Positions 1-8,280 of a stretch of DNA of 64,000 bases are shown here, in pieces. Source of the stretch: Candidatus Omnitrophota bacterium (GTDB taxonomy: Bacteria; Omnitrophota; Gorgyraeia; B26-G9). Where the stretch lies: NCBI GenBank assembly GCA_043826565.1, contig JBDRPX010000008.1, positions 17,744-81,743 of the forward strand, read 5' to 3'. Position 1 is the first letter of the stretch, and every line of letters begins with the position of its first letter. Under the pieces are notes generated by a model that was given only the letters and a program-made list of their open reading frames with translations, was not told where the DNA came from and made no database searches. Made by a program: the position numbers and the translations under genes.

Positions 1-781
1 ATAAATCATTTATTTCTTCATAGATCACATCATCCTGCGGATTAAGCCGGAACAACCTCGTAAATATCTGCCCGGCCTGTTCATATTCTCCGCTAAGCTT
101 GTAATACCGGCCCAGTTCTAAAAGAACTTCTTTATTTTCCGGGGATTTTTCGAGCAGCTGAAGATAGCCCGCAATAACTTTTTTATAATTTCCACCGGGA
201 ACACGATGAATATCCGTTCTTTTTATCAGCACTTGCGCAAAACCGGAATCATCGTTTGAATTTAAATACAGTCTTTTCAGATTTTCGAAAAAAACCGAAA
301 ATAAACGAAAACTTTTCAGTTTTGCCAGTACAGCATGTGCCTTTAATTTAAGCGGCATCCTTGTCCAAACCACATCATGATAACTCCAGGAATCATTTTC
401 TCCGGTCAAAACCACAACAATATCCGGACAAAACTCTTTAAACAAATCGCTTAATCTGATCGCTACCTGCGTAGAATTGTAACCGGGAACCCCCAGGTTC
501 AGCACCCGAAACCGGTCCTGCCCAACACGTTCGTTTAATATCTTTTCCAACTGCCGGGGATAGCTGTTTTCTCCATCCGTGCCCAGGCCAAAGGTAAACG
601 AAGCTCCCAAGCAGACAATGTAGCTTTTATTTTTTTCCAATTGATTTAAATTGTATTGGGGAAGCTGATATTTAGCACAAAAACTGCCGCATATTCCCAG
701 GATAAGCTCTAGCAAACCAAAGGCAAGAATAACACCGGCCAGAAGAAATATAATCTTATGTTTTATTTCGATCTTACGCAT
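1..781 (-). CDS. SGNH/GDSL hydrolase with N-terminal membrane anchor and TPR-like C-terminal part (partial, runs off window)
   Basis: Manual translation from ATG 781: MRKIEIKHKIIFLLAG...IVCLGASFTFG...SYPRQLEKILN...LNLGVPGYNS...TGEND; SGNH blocks I-III. Not in the ORF track because it is open at the window edge. Confidence 0.75.
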   Translation of the reverse strand, partial: MRKIEIKHKIIFLLAGVILAFGLLELILGICGSFCAKYQLPQYNLNQLEKNKSYIVCLGASFTFGLGTDGENSYPRQLEKILNERVGQDRFRVLNLGVPGYNSTQVAIRLSDLFKEFCPDIVVVLTGENDSWSYHDVVWTRMPLKLKAHAVLAKLKSFRLFSVFFENLKRLYLNSNDDSGFAQVLIKRTDIHRVPGGNYKKVIAGYLQLLEKSPENKEVLLELGRYYKLSGEYEQAGQIFTRLFRLNPQDDVIYEEINDL

Positions 782-796
782 GTAAAAAACAACTTT

Positions 797-1162
797 TTAG
801 ATTTTTAGACGGGTTAAGGCTTCTTCCCGACTTTGACAGGTAATAATTTTTACACTCTTATCATAATGAAAAACCGACATAATACTAAACCCGATATCCT
901 TGCTTTTGTCCGGGATTATTCTCACTATTTCCACCGGCTGTTTTTGGTTACAAACATCCATCATCTGTTCGAAATACTTCCGGGCCGCTGAATCCATCCG
1001 GTCCAATCCGGTTAAATCGGTAAGTATCCGTACTCCCGAATTAGCCTCTTCCAGGCAATTTTCCATATCTTTCAAGCACTGCTTGGCCTGAGTTTCGTCA
1101 AAATCAGCGCTTATTTTCAAGGTAAGCAGATTGTTCGTTTTATCAAAATCGATATAAAACAT
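797..1162 (-). CDS. SpoIIAA/STAS-SEC14-like small protein
   Basis: 121 aa; ILTDLTGL motif and C-terminal SREEALTRL typical of SpoIIAA-like proteins; AAGGAAGG RBS. Confidence 0.55.
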   Translation of the reverse strand: MFYIDFDKTNNLLTLKISADFDETQAKQCLKDMENCLEEANSGVRILTDLTGLDRMDSAARKYFEQMMDVCNQKQPVEIVRIIPDKSKDIGFSIMSVFHYDKSVKIITCQSREEALTRLKI

Positions 1163-1186
1163 AACCTTCCTTTAAGAATTTAGCTC

Positions 1187-1672
1187 TTACAATGATTTTA
1201 CTATATTTTTCGCCCAGTCCTTAGCTTTTTTTAAATTATTTTCCGTGTTCCTTTTTGATGGGTCCTGGAAATCAATTTCTCCTAAAATCTGATTTCCCGG
1301 CAAAACTTGTTTCAACTTATCGAATATGTTACCTTTGCCTCCGCCATGACAGCAGAATAAGGCTATTTTTTTATTTGCTATTGGATGTGCCGTGAAAAAA
1401 GCATTCAGCGGCGGAGCATATGTCCAGGCCCAGACCGGAGTACCGATGAATATGACCTCATAATTTTGGATATCCTTATCCAAGGGCAGCAGTTCCGGCT
1501 TGGTCTTCATCATGGCCGCTCTTCCGCCCCAGACATATTTCATAAATCCTTTAGCCGGGATTTCTTTTTTGGGCTTTAGTTCCAAAATATCCGCGTTTAC
1601 TGTTTTCGCGATATTTTCCGCGATCAACCGGGTATTCCCCTCTAATGAATAAAATACCACGATTTTTTTCAT
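1187..1672 (-). CDS. Flavodoxin
   Basis: VVFYSLEGNT FMN-phosphate loop, IFIGTPVWAW, ALFCCHGGG. Confidence 0.9.
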   Translation of the reverse strand: MKKIVVFYSLEGNTRLIAENIAKTVNADILELKPKKEIPAKGFMKYVWGGRAAMMKTKPELLPLDKDIQNYEVIFIGTPVWAWTYAPPLNAFFTAHPIANKKIALFCCHGGGKGNIFDKLKQVLPGNQILGEIDFQDPSKRNTENNLKKAKDWAKNIVKSL

Positions 1673-1679
1673 ATTCCCT

Positions 1680-1702
1680 CCATAACCAGTATATCAACCG
1701 CC
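1680..1702 (-). repeat. Orphan attC 3' half-site upstream of flavodoxin
   Basis: Minus strand GGCGGTTGA-TATACTG-GTTATGG has the same spacing as attC9 GGCGGCTGA-TTATATT-GTTATGT; GTT core lies 8-14 nt before the ATG. Confidence 0.5.
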
Positions 1703-1845
1703 ATCAGGTCTGTATATTAAATATTACCCTCCCTGCCGTTTCCCGCCTTTTGCGGAATAAATCCCGGCAGTTTAATATTTAACATCATTTCTTTGGATTC
1801 CTGTAATTCTTTATATGGAATAAACGCTGTCCCCTTTAGCTATTT

Positions 1846-2448
1846 TTAATCTGTCACAGTAGGCGTATAAGTTCGTTTTATTGCTATATCATCCAGAAAT
1901 TTTTTTAGCAAGTTAAATTCCTTAGCACCTAACTGCCACTTGGAAATAATTAAGCGCCCCGTATATCCGCGCGGCGGATAATTTTCGTTAAAAATTATAA
2001 ACCATGGTGATGTAAAGGGAGGTTGTGTTATCTTCCAGAAATTCACCAGATTTCTTCCCCAAGCATCTTCTACCCTTGGGGCACCTGTTATACCGATAAC
2101 TACACGAGCACGTGACCATGGCCAAATGCACATTTTGACAAAGCTTAGAGAAATAAGCAAAACTCCGGCAAAGGCAAAGACTTCATTTGTTGCACCTCTT
2201 ATCGTTGTGCTGATGTATCCCAAATAGAGCAAATAGCTGGCCACTAACAATAAGCCTGTTGCGATATATCCAACCCTTGTTCGAACTAAGCAATAGTAAC
2301 ACCCGCTACGACTGATATAAGCTTTATATAGCAGCAGTTTCGGATCCAATTGATGTAATTTTTTTATTAAATAAAGCCTGTATATCAACATCGAAAGTGC
2401 GAAAACCATATATATCGCAGTTAAATAAAATGTCCAATGCATAATCAT
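1846..2448 (-). CDS. Hypothetical membrane protein
   Basis: 200 aa with about three hydrophobic segments; preceded by a GTTAGAC core (2457-2463). Confidence 0.6.
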   Translation of the reverse strand: MIMHWTFYLTAIYMVFALSMLIYRLYLIKKLHQLDPKLLLYKAYISRSGCYYCLVRTRVGYIATGLLLVASYLLYLGYISTTIRGATNEVFAFAGVLLISLSFVKMCIWPWSRARVVIGITGAPRVEDAWGRNLVNFWKITQPPFTSPWFIIFNENYPPRGYTGRLIISKWQLGAKEFNLLKKFLDDIAIKRTYTPTVTD

Positions 2449-2481
2449 TACCTTAAGTCTAACATTCTGTTATCTATCTAC

Positions 2482-3567
2482 CTATTTGTTCAATTTTTTA
2501 ATTTGTTTTTTTGCTGTTTTAATGAATTGCCCGAATTTGCGGTCTTTTTCTCTTTTTTCGAGTTTACTCATAGTATTATATTCGTTTTCCTTTACCAGCT
2601 TAAGATAGTTGTCATATTTACCTTTATCCAAACGGCCGGAAGATACAGCTTTCAAAACAGCACATCCCGGTTCATTAACATGGCCGCAATCAAAAAATTT
2701 ACAAGCCTTTGACAGTTCATAAATTTCCGAGAAAACACTTTTTATCCCTGTTTCTGAGTCCAATACTCCGATTTCCCGCATTCCGGGATTGTCAATTAAC
2801 ACACCGCCACTTTCTAATATGAATAATTCTCTATGAGTAGTAATATGTTTACCTCTATTTGCACTTGAACTTATCTCGGCAGTCTTGATTAAGTTTTCAC
2901 CCAAAATACTATTTATAATAGATGATTTCCCCACCCCGGAAGAACCCAGAAAACAGCCGGTTAACCCTTTTTTTATACTGTTTTTTATATCACTAATCCC
3001 TTTGCCTGTGATAATGCTCGTTGTATAAATCTCAATATTCCTGAACCTCTCTCTTATCTCAATTATTTTTGCGTCTAATTCATTCTTTGATATCAGATCA
3101 GTTTTATTCAGGACTATTACCGGTTTTATGTTTTCTGATTCGGCAAGCGCAATATATCTTTCAAATCTATTTAAATTATAATCCCTATCCGGGGATTGAA
3201 TGATCAAAGCAGCATCAATATTTGAAGCAATCAGCTGTTTGTCTGAATTACTGACGGATTTTCTTATTAGTACTGTCTTTCTGGGGAGTATTTCATGGAT
3301 AAGAGCCTGTTCTTCATCAAGAACCGTTATTAAAACCCAGTCTCCCACCGCGGGATAATCTTCGCGCGATGAAGCGGTAAAAATCATTTTGCCGGTTATT
3401 CTTGCGGATAGTTCAGCGGTCTCATTCCTTAGAATATATAATTCTTTATGTTCGGCAATGATCCGGGCGGGAGTAAGGGTTTTGTTTTCTTTATTTTTTC
3501 GATTATTATCAAAAAACTCGCCATAACCGATATCTGCCAAATTGATTTTTCTAATGTTTTTTTTCAT
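2482..3567 (-). CDS. rsgA: Ribosome small subunit-dependent GTPase A (RsgA)
   Basis: PAVGDWV, NKTD, GSSGVGKSS, GKHITT, DNPGMRE and Zn-finger CKFFDCGHVNEPGC. Confidence 0.95.
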   Translation of the reverse strand: MKKNIRKINLADIGYGEFFDNNRKNKENKTLTPARIIAEHKELYILRNETAELSARITGKMIFTASSREDYPAVGDWVLITVLDEEQALIHEILPRKTVLIRKSVSNSDKQLIASNIDAALIIQSPDRDYNLNRFERYIALAESENIKPVIVLNKTDLISKNELDAKIIEIRERFRNIEIYTTSIITGKGISDIKNSIKKGLTGCFLGSSGVGKSSIINSILGENLIKTAEISSSANRGKHITTHRELFILESGGVLIDNPGMREIGVLDSETGIKSVFSEIYELSKACKFFDCGHVNEPGCAVLKAVSSGRLDKGKYDNYLKLVKENEYNTMSKLEKREKDRKFGQFIKTAKKQIKKLNK

Positions 3568-3613
3568 GATTGTTTAATTATAACAGTAGGTGCGAAGCGA
3601 ATTATCAGCAATT

Positions 3614-4318
3614 TCATCCGAATATTTTTATTCCGATCATGCCCACGAGAAATCCCAGGCTTGCCCCCAAGGCAGGTTCCCAATGTTTTTTAATTTTTGA
3701 TAACGGCGCAATATCCTGAAATATTAAATATAAGATCCCTCCGGCGGAGAATAGCATGATCCCCGCGGTAAGCTCAGGTTTATTAATTAAAAAATATCTT
3801 CCCGCCAAAGCAGAAAAAACTCCCAGAAAACTAAGCATAAAAAAGATCAGTAAAATATTTTTTGCCGTATAACTGCTTTTGCGTAATTCAAAATAAGCAT
3901 TGAATGATTCCGGTAAGTTTTGAAATCCGATAAAAAACGCGAGCAGAATACCCAGCCGGTGATTGTGCGCGAAAACCGCTCCTAAAGCAATTGCTTCCGG
4001 AACAAAATCCATAAGCATGGCCATGGCCTGCGCGAAAACTCCGCCTTTTTGTTCAATGAAGCGGTCGATAATAAAGAACACGAACGCTCCCAGCAAAAAG
4101 ATCAGGGAAAATTTCGGAATAGAAAACATTTCCACGCCTTTTGGCGTAAGGACAAAGGCCACGGCTGCGATAAGGATACCGCCGCCAAAAGCAACCGTCC
4201 AATGGAGAATATACGATTCTATTTTTTGCCGGCAGCAGCGTTCAAATATTCCGGCTAAAAAACCGCCAAAAAATATCGTAATTCCCGCTAATATTGAGTA
4301 AATAATAATTTCTATCAT
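3614..4318 (-). CDS. ZIP/GufA-family divalent metal transporter
   Basis: Multi-TM; AFGGGIL, DFVPE, QNLPE, FSAGGILY motifs. Confidence 0.85.
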   Translation of the reverse strand: MIEIIIYSILAGITIFFGGFLAGIFERCCRQKIESYILHWTVAFGGGILIAAVAFVLTPKGVEMFSIPKFSLIFLLGAFVFFIIDRFIEQKGGVFAQAMAMLMDFVPEAIALGAVFAHNHRLGILLAFFIGFQNLPESFNAYFELRKSSYTAKNILLIFFMLSFLGVFSALAGRYFLINKPELTAGIMLFSAGGILYLIFQDIAPLSKIKKHWEPALGASLGFLVGMIGIKIFG

Positions 4319-4359
4319 TTTGTTTTTCCACCAGCCCGTCCCGATTGGGCGAAGCTGTC

Positions 4360-4592
4360 GTGAGTTGGCATAATCACAAATTAATCCATTTCGATATTTT
4401 TATGGTAGTTTGATAAATCACCCAGGAATTTTTTGCAATTTCTCCGTATTGGTTTAAAATCATTTCATTATTCATAATATCACCAAAAACACATTCCTGA
4501 TTCTGCGTACATATCGTTACAAAATAATACCCACCATTTGAATAATCATAATCTTTCATTCAATTTGGTTTTCGTTTTGGATATTTATTCAT
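4360..4592 (-). pseudogene. REP-associated tyrosine transposase (RAYT/IS200-like) remnant
   Basis: ATG 4592 MNKYPKRKPN*MKDYDYSNGGYYFVTIC...; premature TGA, then a frameshift and a stop before a degenerate FVIMPTH; C-terminal half absent. Confidence 0.75.
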
Positions 4593-5616
4593 TTATTCTC
4601 GCAGCCGCTATCATTTTTTTTACATTTTCAATAGTATTAATAGGCATTAGTAAAATATTAGGATGGTTCCTTTCGAACACCCTAAAAATCTCATCAGCAA
4701 AAGCTCGACCGATTGAATCAACTTCTTGAAAATCTAGAATTACAGTTTTAAATCTATCAATCCTACCGAGTAATCTCTTAGCCTGAGATCTGGATATCAG
4801 TTTTTCAGCGCCATGTTTTACTAGTCGAACAGGGACAACTGTTTTTGTAAAACCATAATCTTCTTCTTCAGAAGCAAAACGATCAAATATTTCCTTATCA
4901 GTACGATCACTTTGATTTGCTAGAGACATAAAAATAGATGTCCCTGTTTTTGAAGCCTCTCGTTCAATAATCCAGTCTTCATCTTCTTCCAGTTCATGAG
5001 AAAAGAATACTTCTCCGGAAAGAATTGCAAATTCATCCAGCATTCTTGAAGTAAAAAAGATTCCTTCTCCAGTATGATTTTCGCTATCAGTAGTTAGTTT
5101 TCCTTTAGCTAATTCCAAAACTGCATGCCGCTCATCCTCTAAATTGCATTCTTTTTTAATTTTTCTAAATATCCCAACCCCATCATCATGAATACTTATC
5201 CTAGTTAAAAAAGAGTTCATTTCAATAGATATTACTATTTTTGTTCCTGCAGAATGATCTATGGCATTATTGACCATTTCTGTGAAAGAATAATGCCAAA
5301 TATCTATGACGTTAGCAGGAAAGTTATTAAAAAGATTAAAAAGCTTTTCTCTCCACAGGACATCTTCTTTTAGTCCACTTAATGGAATTGAGAAACTACT
5401 TTTGTGTATAACCTTAAGGGAGTAAGTTCGTTGCCGTGTGTTTCCATTAGCGGAAATATGTCCTTCTTTTAAGAGATCTTGAATATATCGATTTACTGCT
5501 TGTCTCGAAATATTAAAATGTTCAGCAGTTTGGCTGACAATATGTTGAGGGTTTGTTGAGATATTTTCTAAGATAAATCTTCTAATTTCTATACCACGCT
5601 TATAAGATTTTTTCAT
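4585..5616 (-). CDS. wHTH + HATPase-like + STAS-like (DUF4325) protein
   Basis: N-terminal HTH (ISRQAVNRYI), EMVNNAIDHS, DDGVGI, HTGEGIFFTS, C-terminal ISRSQAKR...LDFQEV..IGRAFADEIFRVF. Confidence 0.85.
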   Translation of the reverse strand: MKKSYKRGIEIRRFILENISTNPQHIVSQTAEHFNISRQAVNRYIQDLLKEGHISANGNTRQRTYSLKVIHKSSFSIPLSGLKEDVLWREKLFNLFNNFPANVIDIWHYSFTEMVNNAIDHSAGTKIVISIEMNSFLTRISIHDDGVGIFRKIKKECNLEDERHAVLELAKGKLTTDSENHTGEGIFFTSRMLDEFAILSGEVFFSHELEEDEDWIIEREASKTGTSIFMSLANQSDRTDKEIFDRFASEEEDYGFTKTVVPVRLVKHGAEKLISRSQAKRLLGRIDRFKTVILDFQEVDSIGRAFADEIFRVFERNHPNILLMPINTIENVKKMIAAARINE

Positions 5617-5823
5617 GATTTTAGTTTTCCTATAAAGAACTTATTGTGATTAATTGGCTATAAAGCATCTTTTACATTGTAAACAAAAATAATCCACATT
5701 GTCAATATTTTGTTGTATAATATGCCAATGAAAACACATAACGTTTTATATATCAACAAGTTAATTGTCAATATTTTATTAGCTATTCGGAAGAATATTT
5801 CTAGATAATGATCTTTATTTTAC

Positions 5824-5881
5824 ATCTAACGTTTGAGCTCCGCCCTACGAAGCATGGCGGAGTAGTGTGTTGTTTTATGTA
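5824..5881 (-). repeat. Degenerate attC-like site downstream of radical SAM gene
   Basis: Minus strand ACATAAAACAACACACTACTCCGCC...GGCGGAGCTCAAAC-GTTAGAT directly after the stop at 5882; GAGCTCAAA-GTTA end shared with attC4/attC8. Confidence 0.55.
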
Positions 5882-7210
5882 TTAATTATCTGCTTTTACT
5901 TCTCGCAGATGCTCTCTGAGTTGTTTTTTATAATTAGACCGTCTATACTCAGTAAACTCTGCAGAATACAACTTTTCCGCTAAATCACGAAACCCTATCT
6001 CTAGCTCCTTTACAGTCATATTCTTAGGGATGTAATTTACATCAAATAATGTGCATTTTTTCCAGTCACCCTCTTCAGTCACCCTCTTCTCAGCAACAAG
6101 CCTCTCATAAAGCGGCGTTCCGGGAAAAGCTGTCATTATTGTTATCTGTACTTCATATAAACCGCTGTCCTTAACAAACTCAAACACATTATCAAAGATT
6201 GATTTATCCTGGCCATCTAGGCCAAGGATAAAACAGCCGTTAACAGTTATTCCATATGATTGTATTTTATTTATTGCCTGTTTATACTTTTCTAATTGAC
6301 TGGATTTCCAGTTATTTATCAGCTCAATACCATCAAGATCTCTCTTTACGGGACTTTCAAAGCCTATTAATACCTGCTGACACCCGCCTTCCCGCATAAG
6401 AGTTAAAAGTTCCTCATCCTCAGCTACGGAAACATCTGTTTCTGTAAACCACTTGATCTTTTCATACCTCAGTTCCTTTAGTAACTCTTTCCAGTAGGCT
6501 TTATTAACAAAAGTATTATCATCGGCAAATTCAATAAACGGACGCTCCCATAACTTTTTAATCTCACGGATCTCCTCAAGCACCTTTTGAGCCGGTTTCT
6601 GCTTATACTTCTTGCTTATTAAAATAGACGCCGCACAAAACTCACATTCATGCGGACATCCCCGGGAAGTCTGAACAGTTAAACGATTATATTTTTCCGG
6701 ATCAAGAAGATCAAATCTCGGCATCGGTGCGTCTTTTAAATCAAAATCCTTATTAAATGAACTATAATATGGCTGCAGCGTTCCATTTTTAAAATCCTGC
6801 AAAAGATCTTTCCACACAGCTTCCCCCTCACCAATTACAACAGAATCACAATGTTCTTTAGCTTCTTCAGGAACGCTGGTTACATGCGGCCCGCCGATTA
6901 CAGTTTTAACTCCTATCTGAACATACCTATCGGCTAACTCATAAGCTTCAAATATCTGAGCACTGTATGTTGAAATAGCGACAAGATCAAAAGGCCCGGG
7001 AAGCTCATTAACATCTTTAATATCCGAGATCTCAATATATTCAATATCAAACTCATCCGGGGTCAGCGCGGCTAAGGTTATCAGCCCTAAACTAGGCAGC
7101 GAAGCAATGATCTTATTACGATCAACAAACCCCGGCAGAGTAAGCCCTAACTCTGTAAGCTCTTTATTATAAGCTCGAACTCCGCTCATTGCTATTAATC
7201 CTATACGCAT
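5882..7210 (-). CDS. B12-binding domain radical SAM protein
   Basis: SRGCPHECEFC (CxxxCxxC), IGGPHVT, VIGEGE, DDN motifs. Confidence 0.9.
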   Translation of the reverse strand: MRIGLIAMSGVRAYNKELTELGLTLPGFVDRNKIIASLPSLGLITLAALTPDEFDIEYIEISDIKDVNELPGPFDLVAISTYSAQIFEAYELADRYVQIGVKTVIGGPHVTSVPEEAKEHCDSVVIGEGEAVWKDLLQDFKNGTLQPYYSSFNKDFDLKDAPMPRFDLLDPEKYNRLTVQTSRGCPHECEFCAASILISKKYKQKPAQKVLEEIREIKKLWERPFIEFADDNTFVNKAYWKELLKELRYEKIKWFTETDVSVAEDEELLTLMREGGCQQVLIGFESPVKRDLDGIELINNWKSSQLEKYKQAINKIQSYGITVNGCFILGLDGQDKSIFDNVFEFVKDSGLYEVQITIMTAFPGTPLYERLVAEKRVTEEGDWKKCTLFDVNYIPKNMTVKELEIGFRDLAEKLYSAEFTEYRRSNYKKQLREHLREVKADN

Positions 7211-7213
7211 ATA

Positions 7214-7606
7214 TCATCCTTTTTGTGTTTTAGCCCAATTGAGAAAGGCCAAATTCTTAACCACACCAATAATACTTAAAATTGATATCACTAAAAATAC
7301 CATAGGAATACCCATGGTAAAATAACAATACAAAACAGCCGTAGCAAAAGATAACTTCATAAGTAATCTAACTACTACCAGATCAATATTCCTTAAAGGA
7401 TTTTTAGCGATTAAAAACTCACCCACCCCCCCGCAGACAATAAAAAGAGCGGGAACAAATACATATCCAGGGTGATTGGGTAATGTAATACCACAAGCCG
7501 CATAAATACTCTTATAAAAGAATATAAAGCCTAACCCCAGCAGAATATCATAAACACCAACAATCCTAAAAGCTAACGGAAAATTAATATTTTTATTCAT
7601 AGACAA
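7214..7606 (-). CDS. Four-TM hypothetical membrane protein
   Basis: 130 aa hydrophobic; AGGAG RBS; tightly spaced operon with neighbours. Confidence 0.7.
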   Translation of the reverse strand: MSMNKNINFPLAFRIVGVYDILLGLGFIFFYKSIYAACGITLPNHPGYVFVPALFIVCGGVGEFLIAKNPLRNIDLVVVRLLMKLSFATAVLYCYFTMGIPMVFLVISILSIIGVVKNLAFLNWAKTQKG

Positions 7607-7615
7607 CTCCTTCCT

Positions 7616-8020
7616 TTATAAATTCAGTAATTCATACTGCAAAGTTTCATGGTCAAGCATTGATTGCCAAAAACTTTCATTATACTTATGATACATATTA
7701 AACCAGGCTCTAAACATTCTTTTTTTTAATGTCTTCTTAAGAAGGTTTTCCAGCATATCATGCGAAAGCACAGAAAAAACAATATTCGCAGCAGCTTTTA
7801 AAAAAGCTTTTCTTATCACAGGTACCGAAAAACCCAGATTGTTCAATTCATTAACGATATAACCCGCCGTCACCACCTCATTAAGAGAAAGTCTTTTATA
7901 AACAAATACCTTAGGCTTCTCTGAAGTTTTCAAAGAAAGCGCATTGTATATACTCTCTCCCAGGTTTTCCACCAGAAACATTCTTCTCAATGTATTCTTG
8001 TATTTAATATTGGTTTTCAT
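7616..8020 (-). CDS. Hypothetical protein, possibly ferritin-like fold
   Basis: Helical; ExxGExxY, NE and DHE residues resemble ferritin-like di-iron proteins (weak). Confidence 0.5.
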   Translation of the reverse strand: MKTNIKYKNTLRRMFLVENLGESIYNALSLKTSEKPKVFVYKRLSLNEVVTAGYIVNELNNLGFSVPVIRKAFLKAAANIVFSVLSHDMLENLLKKTLKKRMFRAWFNMYHKYNESFWQSMLDHETLQYELLNL

Positions 8021-8025
8021 TTTTT

Positions 8026-8044
8026 GTTTAACATTTGAGCTCAG
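8026..8044 (-). repeat. Orphan attC 3' half-site
   Basis: CTGAGCTCAAATGTTA (8044-8029) is identical over 16 nt to attC4 (22249-22264) and attC8 (26941-26956); followed by AAC-AAAAA-ATG of the 8020 gene. Confidence 0.65.
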
Positions 8045-8280
8045 CCCCGCTTGGCCGGGGTTAGCTCGTCCCGCCGTTTTTTGCAGAAATTACTATCACT
8101 TTTTCACCGGATATCTGCCGCAGGAGAATTTCTCCCCTTCCGGGCAGGATTTTAAGGATTCACATTTAGCTCCGGCTTCGCTAAACACTGCCGGCACGCG
8201 GAATAAATTACAGAGATTACGTTCGGGGAAAATTCCAGAAGTCTTAAGTCTAATCGCGCCTGTGGCATTACTTACACCGT

